64,000 nt of DNA from positions 167,537,036-167,601,035 of the forward strand of contig NC_085842.1 of assembly GCF_035594765.1 (NCBI RefSeq), read 5' to 3'. Source of the DNA: Anolis carolinensis (taxonomy: Eukaryota). A model generated the notes under the pieces. That model saw only the letters and a list, made by a program, of their open reading frames with translations, was not told the origin of the DNA and did no database searches. Position numbers and translations under genes: made by a program. Positions 13,001 through 25,417 of this stretch are shown here, piece after piece. The stretch's first letter is position 1. Each line of letters starts with the position of its first letter.

Positions 13001-16000
13001 TGAATTCAGAAAGACTTATATATGATGCTCTGTTTGAACTTTTGAACTAAAGATACTGTTACCTGTTGCACAAGCCTGAGTGACATTTCATTATGCTGCA
13101 GGATTTAGCTTGATTCAGAAACGGTGGTAAAGCTTCTATTTATTTACTTATTTATTTATATACTCGAGTGTAAGCCTAGTTTTTCAGCCCTTTTTTAGGG
13201 CTGAAAAAGCTCCCCTCGGCTTATACTTGAGTGAAGGTCCTGGCTGGCTTCTATTCAGGTCGGTGTATACTTGAGTATATAGGTATTTAGCGTTGGACAG
13301 TCTTGTCTTATTAAAGTCTTATTATAAAACTTAAATTACAGTTTTATATAAATATTCAAAAACATTTAACCTACTGATGCCTCAAATAATGCAATTTTAT
13401 TAATATCTATTTTTATTTTTGAAATTGACCCATAGCTGCTGCATTTCCCACCCTCAGCTTATATTCGGGTCGGCTTATACTCGAGTATATATGGTATTTC
13501 TACAGACATCAACAAACTGTAGGTTACATCAAGAGTAGCTCTCAATGGAACCATTTCACTTGCTCTTAGTCTGAGGGATCCGTTTAGGGTACAAACAGAA
13601 ATGAATGCGTATATCACAGATATGCTTAGTCCAGTGGTTCTCAACCTGTGGATCCCCAGGTGTTTTGGCCTACAACTCCCAGAAATCACAGCCAGTATAC
13701 CAGCTGTTAGGATTTCTGGAAGTTTTGAAAACCAAAACATTTGGGGACCCACAGGTTGAGAACCACTGTGTTAGCCTAATCGTATATCTATAGTATGTGC
13801 TTTCATTTAAGAGTATTGTTAAGAATATTGAGAAGTGAGAGAAAAAATGAGCCAACTTCTAGGTAGAAAGGTCACCTAGTGAGAATAACTCTGCACCTCT
13901 GGTCTACTTGCAGTGCTTGCTGGCTTGTCACAAGAAATGTCTTGAGAATCTTCTCATCAACTGTGGCCACCAGAAACTGCCGGCACGGGCGTCACTGTTT
14001 GGGATTGACTTCATTCAAGTGCCACGAGATTTCTCAGAGGAGGTTCCATTCATTGTGGTGAAGTGTACCTCAGAGATTGAAGCTCGTGCTCTGGGAGTGC
14101 AGGTAACCCCTTCCATTCACAGACAAATCTACCACAGCGGTAGACTCCTTAGTTTGTGTATAAATCTGGCATCACTTAAACAGCATGACTGGATGTTTGC
14201 AATAGTCATTTAACTGTGTTGTCAACAGCTTTAATGGCCAGAATCACTGGGTTGCTGTGAGCTTTTCAGGCTCTGTTCCAGCAGCATTCTCTCCTCTGTG
14301 TAGTCTGACATGATGGTTGTCAGAGTGGTCCAGCATTTCTGTGTTCTCAAATAATATTCTGTGTCCAGGCTGTTTTATCAAGTGCTCTGCTATAGCTGAC
14401 TTCAGGAAAAGGAGAACTCTAGCCAGCAACAACAGCCAGGCTACCTCTATGCAGACACCCTCACTGATTGACTTTGCAGCTTCCTGACTACTCAATGCTA
14501 TTCAAGCTTGCTAACTGCAACATTCATACTTGCTTTACACAGACAAGGGTTCTTTCTCCCACCCTGGACATTCCAGATATATATACTCTCCACTTGCTTC
14601 ACCTCCAACAGACCTCTGAAGATGCAGGCAAAATGTCAGGAGAGAATAATAATAACAATACTTTATTTATATTCTGCCTTATCTCCTCAAGGGACTCAGG
14701 GCAGTTTCCAATACAATAGAAAACATACAAGTTAAAAACATACAATTAGGTCATAATACCACATGAACATAAATGCATGCACGTAGATGCTACTGGAACA
14801 TGGCCATACAGCCCAAAAAACTCACAGCAATCAAACCATTTAACTGATTGAAATTCTCTATTTCTGTGCAAGCTACATCAAATGCATTCCTAGTCATCAT
14901 GAATTCTGCAAAGACAGACTTGGAAGGTATGGGTCAAACTGAATATCATTTTACAAACTGCAATGAAACCAGAACAAGCTTTCTTGGTCTTTTCCTTGTG
15001 CTAGCAGTCAGGAGAACAAATGCAAAAAAATAGGCACAAGCAATTAATTAGCACAATTTAGATGAGCCACAGAATTCAATAATTTTCTCTGATCTTTCAT
15101 GCTTTGGGCCCTCAGCATTTTTTGCAGCACAGAATTTGAGGGCTGCTCCCTTACAATGTTGACAAAGAAGAAGAGGCAGCCAGTGGTGATATTCTGGTCA
15201 CTGGAAATATTGCATTGATGATGATTACCTTCATCTTCAAGAAAATGAATACCTGCACTATGCGTTAATGGGGAAAGATGGTGTGTTTCTTAGTGTGGCT
15301 GCAGTCAGGTGTTTCAATGGAGGTATAAAAAAAGAGAATACAGAATATTAGTCCAAAATTATATTCCTTTAATGTTGTTTAATATAGCCTGTAGCCCTAC
15401 ATTTTTTGCTGAGGCCTCCACCTTCCAAACAGAGTTGTTTGACACACAGATTTCCCCAACTTGGCCAACTCGACCATACATTTTCTCCATTCCAAGTTCC
15501 TGCCATTCTCTACTATATCAGAGAGAAATTCTGTTTCTCATCTAATTAATATTACCCCATTCTTCAGTAAACTTCTCTTTGTGTCCTTGATACAGGGAAT
15601 TTACCGTATTAGTGGATCCAAGGCTCGTGTGGAGAGATTATGCCAGGCCTTTGAGAATGGACGGGGTCTGGTGGAACTCTCAGATCATTCGCCTCATGAC
15701 ATCACTGGAGTCCTGAAACATTTCCTTAAGGAGGTAAGGGGAAGAGACATATATCTGTAGTAGAATTGTAGTTGAAAATAGTTTACCAAGAGTTAACATT
15801 AGGGGTATACAACCTGCAGTCCATGGGCTACATGCCCTCCCCCCAAAGGCCTTAAGAATGTGCCACTGAGATCTGTTGCTTCCACTGTTGGATCTTCTTC
15901 TCTCCTGAATTCCCAGAAAATTCTTACAGATTGCCCCCCCCCCCTCTGCTATTAGATGAAAGAAGAGATTAATCTGTATTAGGATCACAGGATGAGGAGA

Positions 16001-19000
16001 TAAAGGCTCCCTAGAGTATCATATAGATTGCTCTTCCCTCCAGTCCATTTCTGCCAAAATAAAGTTAAACTTAATGGGTCCGTTGCGGATTGACTCTTTT
16101 CCCTGGGAAAGGAACCAAAAAAAGCCTCAGAGTGCATCTCATTTCTTCAAAGAAAAGTCCAAAAGAGAAAAGAAAAACTACTTCTTCCTAAGCGGCTCTG
16201 GCAACCTTAAAAAACAAGACTTCGTATCAGCACTAGATTAAATGAATGGTAACAGTTCTCTGGCAGACATTCAGGAAACAACACCCAGCAGGCTTGTAGA
16301 TACTCCCAAAAATATGTATCATTTATTCCTTGAAGATAAATTCAAGGGCAATGCAACAGATCTGGCCATGGTAGTACACGCCTTAGTCACATCCAGACTA
16401 GACTACTGTAACACACTCTACATGGGGCTGCCCCAGAAGATCATTCAGAAATGATAGCTGGTACAAAGGTCAGTAGCAAGACTGCTTACAGGAGCAGGAT
16501 AAAGGGAAAGAACTACCCCACTCCTGAAGCAGCTACACTGGCTACCAGTTTGTTTCCAGGTGCAATTCAAGGTGCTGGCTTTAGCCTATAAAATCCAAAA
16601 CGTCTCGGACTTAGCCTACTTGAGGGACTGCATCTCCTCCTACCAACTCACACAAGCTCTGAGATCGTGAGAGGCCCTCGGTCCCACCACCGTCACAAGT
16701 ACGATTGGTGGGAATGAGAGAGAGCGCCTTTTCGGTGGTGGTCCCGTGGCTCTGAATCCTTCTCCCCAAGGAGCTATGTTTGGCTCCATCATTATTGGCC
16801 TTTCACTCCCAGGTGAAAACCCTTTTATGGAATCAGGCCTTCTCAGATAACATATAATTGCAGATAGCTCAGCCAAACAAGACTCACATGGCCAAAGACT
16901 TGGAGCTCTGAGTCAGTTAATTTAATATTTAACTTATTGGACAACCTCAGTGGCCTGAGGTGTACGGTTTTTAAAGACAACGATATGTGATTATTTGGTT
17001 GTTTATGTATATTTCTGTAACTTGTGTGTTATGTAATGTGTGGATTTATTGTTTATATGATTGGGTGGGTGGATGGGTTGATGGGCTTTTGTATTATGTA
17101 GCTGTCTTTTTATTTTTGTATGTAACTTTGAGTTCCATCTGTGGGAGAAAAGTGGAACAAAAGCAAATAAATAAATAAATAAATAAATAAATGTAATAGT
17201 AGTAGTAGTAGTAGTAGTAGTAGTAATAATAATAATAATAATAATAATGTTTCTTATTCCTCCAGTTCTTTAGCCTCATCCCACAGATCCCTGCCACCTC
17301 CTTTTCAGTCCTTTTACTCCATCATGGCCAGTCATACCCATTCTCCTTTAATTCAGGAGATTCTGACTTTGTCTGAGGGTGGAACCCTCTTTCCTGCTTT
17401 GTCAGAGGGTACTAGAGCTAATCAAGCCTGAATTATTGCTAGAGGAAGACTAAACTGAGTCTGTCAGACTTTGGCCATATAATGATAACACATAATGTAC
17501 TAGAAACGATCATAATTCTTGGTAAGGTACTAGGGAGTAGAAAAAGAGGAAGAGCATCATACAGATGGCTGGATGGACTCAATCCAGGAAGCACCGCTGT
17601 CCTGAGTCTGCACAACCTGAGCAGGGATGTTGAGGGCAGGATGACTTGGAGATGTCTCATTCATACTCATAAGTCAAAGTCAAGTTGATAGCAGTTAATA
17701 ACAGTCCGTTTAAGTCCATTTCAATCCTCTCCTGACCTCAAGCAAGCACAGATTCCTTTGTTTGACTCACATGTGGCTCTTGGAGTCAAAAAGCTCACAA
17801 ACACAGTATGCTTCCTCCAAAAACCTTGGAGGCAAAATTTTGTTCTTAGATCAGGACAAAAACAATGTAATAGTTAAAAGAAGGACTCACAGCGTAGCCA
17901 TCTTCTATAGGCAAGCCTAGCTCTATCAGGTTTATAGGGTTGATGCACACAGAGTTAACTGGAGCCCACATTTGTAAATGTCTGGAAACAAAGTCCTATA
18001 AAGAACAGCTTACGGAGCCAGATACGTTTAGCTTGGAGAAGAGAAGACTGAGAGGTGACATGACAGCCATGTTTAAATATTTGAAATATTTAAAGGTGTC
18101 ACACTGAGGAAAGGGCTAGTTTACTTTCTGCTGCCCTGGAGACCAGGTCATGGAGCAGTGGATTCAAATTGCAGGAAAAGAGTTTCTACCTAAATATTGG
18201 GAAGAACATCCTGACAGCAAGAGATGTTTGACAGTAGAATCAGTTAGAGTGTGGCAGAGTCTCCTTCTCTGGCTTTTTCTAAAGAGAGGCTGGATTGTAT
18301 GTTCCTGCATGAACTGAAATACCTTTGTGGTCTCTTCTAATTCTTTGACTTTGTACTAGGAGTCCTGGTATTCTACTTCACCACGGAAATCCTTTGGGCA
18401 AGTTACACTTTCTCGGACACAGAGGAAGGCAGTGGCAAACCTCCTATGAAAAAATATTTCTAAGAAAATCGTAGAAGAGTCAATATAAAGGCAGATGGCA
18501 ACAACAAACAAGAAAGCATTCATGTCTTTCTCAGGGGGGGGTATATGCACATACACTATGATCTCGGCCATCTCAGATGCCATCTCCCATTCTTAAAAGC
18601 TTGAGAACTTTTTGAAAGATGTTCTTTCCAATGAACCCTTTTCTGAAGTTCCACAGATGGTCCCCCAAAGAATGTGAATTACAGGAAAGCTGTCTGTCTG
18701 TTGGTCAGCCCCATAAGTTCTGACATGCTGAATCACACATTCTGAAGATAGGGACTGCTGTATTTAAACATCTTGTAGGTAGAATAAGCTAGTGGGAGCT
18801 GTATAATATTTACAACCAAGCAACTTTGTCCTCCATTCTTGTTCAACAGCTTACAAGCCCTGTGCTCCCATTCAAGCTTTATGATGCTTTCATCACTCTG
18901 TCAAGAAGTTTGCAAAGAACTGAAGACAGATCAGGGGATGATTCTGAGTCATCAGCTAATCCCATCAAAAGCACAAAGGACTTACTAAGCAAATTGCCCG

Positions 19001-19594
19001 CAACAAATTACAACACCTTACGGCACCTCATTGCTCACCTCTACAGGTAATGGGGGAGATTGCTATTAAATCCACAACTCTTGTCTTGTAGGAGGGCAGA
19101 TCTGTTGAATCTGTTGGAATTGAGCCACTATAGAGAAGCTTTTAAGGACCAAAAAGTAGGTTGTATATTTAGCTGTATGCACAAGAAATAAAAATATTAG
19201 TTACATTCCTAAAAGCAGACCTGTCTTAATGTATATGTGAATTCCCAAATGTGGAGAATGAAAGTTTCAGTGCAATGCTTCTGGGAGTCACAAAAGAAGG
19301 AAAGGACTTTATATGTTTAATTAAATATTATATTCTCCCAAAAGCTCACACTGTCATCGCAAAACAAAATTTTCATTTCTTAACAGCAACATTTTTGCCC
19401 TGGAAGTCTTTATTTTGTGGCAGGCTAGAGAGTACCTCATGCACATACACAAGTTTATATACATTTAATACATTTTAATATGTATATTTTATAGAAATAA
19501 ATTTTAATGTGTGTATTTGTGATATTTTTACAATGTTTATGTGTTTTATCCTGTAACCCGCCTCAAGCTAGAAGGACAGGTAGGTAAGAAATAA

Positions 19595-19643
<49 letters not shown>

Positions 19644-19687
19644 CGAAACGAAACGAAATCCAGCATATCTATCTTGTTTGCTGTGTC

Positions 19688-19735
<48 letters not shown>

Positions 19736-22700
19736 GTACATACAGTAATGGATGTTCATATATATTCACACATATAGCCATACACATGTGCAATTATGTG
19801 TCCACATTCACCTCTATATGTGCTGTCATATATATGCACATAAACATGAAGGAGATCCATGCACACACTCATACATTCACACATGTGTTTATGTGGGGAC
19901 ACTTATTTGTCTAGTCTTGTGGTCTCCAGGTGTTTTGGCCTACAATTCCCAGAAATCCCAACCAGTTTACCAGCTATTAGGATTTCTGGGAGTTGAAGGC
20001 CAAAACATCTGGGGACCCACAGTTGAGAACCACTGGTCTAGTCACAGATAACAAGTCCCAACAAAAGTGTTTTCTTTGTGACTTGGTTTTTAGACCTGTT
20101 GCTGAGATTATTTGGGGCACTGATTCAGAAAATTGCATTCGATAGACTGCATCAGCACTAATTTCTTAGATATGGTTATCATGGTTTTCTATCAGTGAGT
20201 AGATAAGAGTGGTGTACAGCATATGCTCTGTATCTCAAAAATTAGAGCAGATAGGGGGAAAGTGGTACAATTTTTGGAATCAGCAGGTTAAATATACTCA
20301 GAATTAGATCTAACATTTAAGGCACCAAAATGTGTGCTGGCTACTGTAATGCATTGAACAGTGTTTGTGATGAAAGACCAGTTTTGCAACACCTTCCTTT
20401 TCCAATAAACCAAGAACAGCCTTTTAAAAGATTACATTAACAAGTTATTTGACTCCATTAAATAACAAGGTGAACAAGCCTACCAACCCCATTGAAAATG
20501 AAGCATAAACATCTCACATTCATAATGTCGAATCCAGCATTCAAAGCAAAGCAAATATTCAGTGAACATGACTCCCTTAATGTCACTTATTGTCTTTCCC
20601 AGAGTGGCTGAAAGAAATGAAGAGAACAAGATGTCTCCCAACAATCTAGGGATCATCTTTGGCCCAACACTAATCCGCCCTCCTTTTAGCAATGATGTTT
20701 CCATGTCATGTCTGGTGGACTCAGTCTATCAGTCCCAGCTGGTTGAGTTTCTCATCCTCAACTATGAAAGGATCTTTGGTATGGATGACTTGCCTTCGAC
20801 AGGACTTTGTGAACGTGAAAACTCACTGAAAGAAGGAAATGCCAATGATACCCTTTCAAGCAGTGAAAGAGATCTTGATGTCTCTTTTGAGGTAAGAAGG
20901 AAGGACATAGGGAATTCCCAAATACATGGTCTTCGTCATTTGAGCAGTTACTGCCTTTTTTTAATTCCAGATATAGTCGTGTTCTGAAAGGGAAAAGTGG
21001 TATAGCAGGATTGTGAAAAAACAAGATTCTGTTGGAGCAGCTCAAGTCAAAGGGAATGTCAGACTACGGCAGGACAGCTTGGTATAGAGAGTTAGGGAAA
21101 TGTCCATACTGTGTTAAAATCCTATGGAGCAAGGACTTCGCTCTAGTACAGTGATGTCAAACTTGCACCCCTTCCAGTGTTTTGTACTTCAGATCCCAGA
21201 ATTCCTGGCCACTTGATAGGCTGGATAGGTCTTCTGCAAGATTGAGACTCAAACATCTGGAGGGCAATAAGTTTGATACTTCTGCTCTATTGATTTAGCA
21301 GCTATCTCTGTACCTTCTCAGCAGCAGCAATTAGCAAAGAAGCAGCCAATTTTGGTTAAGCAACAAGCTCTCAAGCCAACAACCAGAAGTCAGAGCTCTG
21401 GGAGCATAGCAGCTTATCTGCATACTTTTCCAGCAGCCTTTGCTTCTGAAGGCCCTGCGAGCAAAGAGGAAGCTGGGTTTAGAGAGGCTACAAGGTTTCA
21501 AACCAGTAAACCAGGAGGTGGAGTTTTGGGAGTATAGCAACCAACCTGTAGTATTTCCCAACAGCCTTTGTTGAAAACATAGCCAGGAACATATCTGGGG
21601 GATCTAAGGAACTTCAATTGGTTACGGGTAGTTTGGAGGTAAATGGCGAACTATTTCACATATAGAACTACTACGCTAAGCTGAGCCATAGTATTGCAGT
21701 GTTAGGATTGCTCATAGTCAAGGCTGATGGTACTAACTAGGCTATGTGGATCTTTTGTTGAATTCAGTATAGCTGAAGGATAAACCCCAGTAAAGGAATA
21801 ATTTGCTTGAATCACACACACACTATGATTTGCTACTCTATAAATACAGGGACATGGGTTTTGTAATGGCAAGAGCATTCAAAATTGTCATCTACTGATT
21901 GAGCTATGGAATACAATAATTGAAATAAAATACTTTGTAAATGGTTGAGGAATCTGTTTTGAAAATGTCAGGAAATCATGTTGAGAATCTTAGATGGGCA
22001 AAAACATGAGTTTGATTTGTACCAAAAAATTAATGTGTTTTATGGGTACAAAAATGCTATTTTTGGTGCAGAAAAACTGCTTTTCTATTCAGAAAATTGT
22101 TTTTTTGCACAGAAATATTAATTTTAGCATACAATAGGTCATTTTCTACATTGGAATTGCCATTTTCAGCACCAAAAATGGATTTGTTTTTGTATAAATT
22201 AAGTCACAAACTGTTTTTATTTTTAATTATTTACACATTATTAGTGAGCTAGGGGATTTAAAAAAATATTTTTCAAACCTTTCTTTAAGTTAATTCAAAT
22301 TTTGTCTTTTCCAAACCATATGAAAGAAGCCACACATTACAAAAGCAATATCAAGTAGGAATAATGGCTTTGAATTTTTGTGATCTATGTGAATGTTTCT
22401 ATGGGGAACATTTTTATGAATCTAGTTTGGGTAATTTTTAATGCTAAGAGATTATTTATGCCACTTGGATTTTAAAAAATGAAATGAAATACATGCATAC
22501 ACACATCAGCCCTGAGTGCCATAAAAAACAGGATTAATTTTTATTCTTGTTTCCTTTGCTTTTAGTTTTCTTGTAGTGATCATACTTTCATAAAACCGCT
22601 AGGAAAGATAAATGCACTAATTCACAGGCATGGCTTTTTCCAACAGAAAAATTCTTCCAAGTCGTGTCTGGATGAAGAAGAAGATGTGGCTGAAGATTGT

Positions 22701-23906
22701 TCTAACACTGCGGACAGGCAGGGGAAAAACAAGGAGGAAACACACTGCTCTGAAAATAGAGACACCGTAGGTAATTTCTCCCTCTCTGTATAGAGCAGTG
22801 GTTCTCAACCTGTGGGTCCCCAGGTGTTTTGGCCTACAACTCCTAGAAATCCCAGCCAGTTTACCAGCTGTTAGGATTTCTGGGAGTTGAAGGCCAAAAC
22901 ATCTGGGGACCCACAGGTTGAGAACCACTTTTATAGACCAATCATTGAAGGAAAATGGTCTGCAATTATGGGGAGAATGTGTTGTATTGAGTAAGTTCAA
23001 AACAGCAGCTTACTGCATCTTGCCTACCCACCTGAAAACACAATGAACATCCTAGTACAGCTAAAACATCTTCTCTTTATAACCTTAGGCAATGCTATTG
23101 CTCTCTAGACACATGGAATAGATTTTCCACATTACATTCTTCTTCATTGTTATCCTTAACTAAAAATTTGTCTGATTGTTTCAGTTGGTGCATCAGTCCT
23201 TCCTTCTGGGTATTTAATATACATTAATGTTTTTAAAAAGTCCTTAAAATTAGGATTATATTGATTTTAGGTTTAACACTGCTTGTGTTCAGCAGTTCCT
23301 AATAGGAAGGAGAGAGGCAGAGATAAAATATTGATACTCTTCTTTTGCACGTAGGATGGTAGGTTCATGACAGCTCACATTCAGTGTATTCTACAAAAAA
23401 AAAACTACTAAAAAGCACAGGAAAACAGCAGGGGGAAAAACACTATGCTGCCACATTACCCTGGAAACACTGGAGTCTGTCTGATATCACAAACTAAGCT
23501 AAGGTCAACACTTAGAACTGATTGCAGAAATGGATCAGCTCTAGTAGAGCTATAAAAGAAAATGTATACACTCCCAAATACCGGGTCTTTAGAGGCTGTT
23601 AAAAATAAAAAGAACAATATGCAGGCTGAATACCCCTAACCCCAATGATCTCTACCCCTTTATCTAAGTTAGAGGAGCACCTGGTGGCACAATGGGTTAA
23701 ACCCTTGTGCTGGCAGCACTGCTGACCGAAAGGTCGGCAATTCAAATCTGGGGAGCTCCTGTCTGTCAGCTCCAACTTCTCTTGCGGGAACATGAGAGAA
23801 GCCTCCCACAGGATGGTGAAACATCCAGGCGTCCCCTGGACAACATCCTTGCAGACAGCCAATTCTCTCACACCAGAAGCGACTTGGAGTTTCTCAAATC
23901 TCTCCT

Positions 23907-23944
<38 letters not shown>

Positions 23945-25417
23945 TCTAAGCTAGGCCTTCACAACCTGTGTCTGCCTAGGTGTTTGGGATTCCCAACTCC
24001 CAGAAGCCCTAGCCAGCTTGTCCAGTGATCAGGAATTTTGGAAGCTGAAGTCCAAAACACCTGGAGGGCTACCGGTTGTACAGGCTTGCTCTAAGTTATT
24101 GATCTAATGTTGAAGAGTAATGGTCCTAGTACAGAACCTCTGAGAAACTACTTGAGCCCTCCAACTAATTGCGGATCAATCTGACAGAGTTATCATCTAT
24201 TTCACATTTTGCTAATCAAAACATTATGGGAGACCCTGATAAATGCTTTGATGAAACCCAGAGAAATGACATCCACGTCATTCCTGCAAAACCATTACCT
24301 TCCTCGAAGTCTGAGAGAGAGTGACTTGCACAAGGTAACCCAGTGAGTTTCAATGGCTGAGCAGGGATTTGAATCCTTGCCAGCAGAGTCCAAGTTCAGC
24401 ATCCAGACCACTACACCATGATGGCCCATAATGGCTCAGTCTTCAGTAGCTAACCAGTTTCACTTCTCTTGTCATTCTTAGAGAGAGAGAAATCTTTGCT
24501 CCCTAGAAATATAGATTCTTAAAGGGAAAAAAGTGTGGGAAAGGATGGTGGGCTGAGTCCTATACTATTTAAAAGATGAATACCTGTCTGGGAAATACCA
24601 AGAGAAGGAGCGAAACCTTTTTTTGCCACTCTTTGACAAATACAGTAGAGTCTCATTTATCCAACATAAATTGGCCGGCAGAACATTGGATAAGCAAAAA
24701 TGTTGGATAATAAGGAGGGATTAAGGAAAACCCTATTAAATGTCAATTACGTTATGATTTTACAAATTAAGCACCAAAGCATCATGTGTTACAAGTCTGC
24801 CACTTGTTTGGGAGTGTGGCTGCACTTGTGTTGTTGTTGGGCGTGTTGGCTTGCTGTGCATTGCTGCCCAGAGAAACAGTTGTGGATCTAGGCAGGAGGT
24901 AGGCTGCAATGGATAATACAGAATGTTGGATAAGTGAGACTCTACTGTATAGCCTTTCTTCTTTTTTTAGGTAGGCAGCATAATAAATTAAATGCAGTGT
25001 CTCATTCTCCAATTCTCTCTGTTTCTTCTTCCCATTCACTCAGAGGTAAACAGCAGAGACAGCACTGAACCAAAGGATTCTCTTCTTGACCCAGATCCTG
25101 AGATTGGCCCGCAGTCCAGGGGCCGCTTCAGCCGGGTGCCTGTGAAACATCCTCGTGCCATCATCCCCAAGGCAGCCACCTTGCCCCTGCCCACCGCTTC
25201 CCTCTCTAGCTCAGAAGCAGGAGGGGCAAGCAGACGCAGTGCCTCACCTGACCCCCGTGGGAAATGCAAGCGCTTTGAGATCACCCCAGAGACTGCCAGG
25301 ATCGTCTCCAAGCTCCAGCCTCTTCGGAGTAGTCCAGACTGCTATCCAGCTGAGCTGGGGAACTCACTGCAAGGCAAGCTGGGGGATTCACTTGTAGGAA
25401 GCCAGGCTGAATTTTGA
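6961..25417 (+). CDS. GMIP: GMIP (GEM-interacting protein, C1 + RhoGAP), 3' part of gene. Joined exons 6961-7047, 7986-8078, 10632-10789, 13914-14102, 15596-15733, 18850-19046, 20603-20891, 22647-22770, 25044-25417
   Basis: All nine exons have AG/GT boundaries and compatible phases. The translation gives a C1 domain (THRLRKLRGPSKCRECE...CHKKC), a RhoGAP domain with the GIYR arginine finger and NKMSPNNLGIIFGPTL, and GMIP-type tail motifs (QSRGRFSRVPVKHPR, FEITPETAR) matching my recollection of mammalian GMIP rather than ARHGAP29/45. Confidence 0.93.
7986..8078 (+). CDS. GMIP: GMIP coding exon (HQKLLKAPSTGTVSSSEDCEDRDLIQAYDN)
   Basis: ttcag acceptor, g|gtgaga donor, 93 nt, phase 1-1; KAxSTGTxSS motif of the family. 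Confidence 0.88.
8714..8975 (+). mobile_element. Anolis tRNA-derived SINE (AnolisSINE2-like)
   Basis: ggagcacccggtggtacagtgggttaaacc head, gagaagcctcccacaaggatgg core, ctcctgaca(A)n tail. Confidence 0.85.
9998..10244 (-). mobile_element. Anolis tRNA-derived SINE
   Basis: Reverse complement of the same SINE family. Confidence 0.85.
10632..10789 (+). CDS. GMIP: GMIP exon, N-terminal half of C1 domain
   Basis: ccttttcag acceptor, gag|gtgagt donor; LSSAAQTHRLRKLRGPSKCRECENFIVSGLECEE. Confidence 0.95.
11044..11271 (-). mobile_element. Anolis tRNA-derived SINE
   Basis: Reverse complement of the same family. Confidence 0.8.
12191..12318. mobile_element. hAT MITE
   Basis: TIRs with 8-bp TSD-like atttagag/gtttagag. 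Confidence 0.8.
13158..13495. mobile_element. Tc1/pogo-type non-autonomous DNA transposon
   Basis: tatactcgagt(g/a)taagcc / ggcttatactcgagtata inverted termini. Confidence 0.65.
13632..13768. mobile_element. hAT MITE
   Basis: cagtggttctcaacc...ggttgagaaccactg. Confidence 0.85.
13914..14102 (+). CDS. GMIP: GMIP exon, end of C1 and start of RhoGAP
   Basis: ttgcag acceptor, cag|gtaacc donor, 189 nt; CLLACHKKCLENLLINCGHQKLPARASLFGIDF...VPFIVVKCTSEIEARALGVQ. Confidence 0.95.
15596..15733 (+). CDS. GMIP: GMIP RhoGAP exon with arginine finger
   Basis: tacag acceptor, gag|gtaagg donor, 138 nt; GIYRISGSKARVERLCQAFENG...HDITGVLKHFLKE. Confidence 0.95.
16330..17190 (+). mobile_element. L2 LINE 3' fragment
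   Basis: VVHALVTSRLDYCNTLYMGLP...LHWLPV motifs, (AAAT)n tail. Confidence 0.8.
17420..17705 (+). mobile_element. Old BovB/RTE 3' fragment
   Basis: LETIIILGKVLGSRKRGRASYRWLD. Confidence 0.7.
17985..18350 (+). mobile_element. Old CR1 3' fragment
   Basis: [19 protein letters not shown] remnant. Confidence 0.7.
18850..19046 (+). CDS. GMIP: GMIP RhoGAP exon
   Basis: caacag acceptor, ag|gtaatg donor; LTSPVLPFKLYDAFI...LPATNYNTLRHLIAHLYR. Confidence 0.95.
19595..19734 (+). repeat. (TAA)n microsatellite interrupted by a ~50-bp Dong/R4 3' terminus (19641-19690)
   Basis: atccagcatatctatcttgtttgctgtgtcata matches the reverse complement of 34843-34875. Confidence 0.75.
20603..20891 (+). CDS. GMIP: GMIP RhoGAP C-terminal exon
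   Basis: tttcccag acceptor, gag|gtaaga donor; VAERNEENKMSPNNLGIIFGPTLIRPP...LVEFLILNYERIFG. Confidence 0.95.
22647..22770 (+). CDS. GMIP: GMIP penultimate exon (KNSSKSCLDEEEDVAEDCSN...); alternative in-frame acceptor at 22566
   Basis: ctaat branch-like site plus ttttccaacag acceptor, tag|gtaatt donor; phase 0 to 1 bridges the flanking exons. Confidence 0.75.
22796..22928. mobile_element. hAT MITE
   Basis: TIRs; lies 25 bp after an exon donor. Confidence 0.85.
23674..23943 (+). mobile_element. Anolis SINE with (CA)n tail
   Basis: Family head and core; TSD-like tctaag(t/c)ta. Confidence 0.85.
24643..24947. mobile_element. Tc1/pogo-like MITE (CAGTAGAGTCTCACTTATCCAAC TIR)
   Basis: TIRs flanked by TA; same family at 46827-47260, 48591-51159, 58411-58720. 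Confidence 0.85.
25044..25417 (+). CDS. GMIP: GMIP terminal coding exon
   Basis: Long polypyrimidine tract plus cag acceptor, phase 1; QSRGRFSRVPVKHPR and FEITPETARIVSKL motifs; TGA at 25415-25417. Confidence 0.9.

Noticed and set aside
17094-17297. Poly-Tyr/Ile/Asn ORFs here and at 19568-19914, 35694-35876, 43791-44253
   Set aside because: Translations of (TAA)n/(TAG)n microsatellites.
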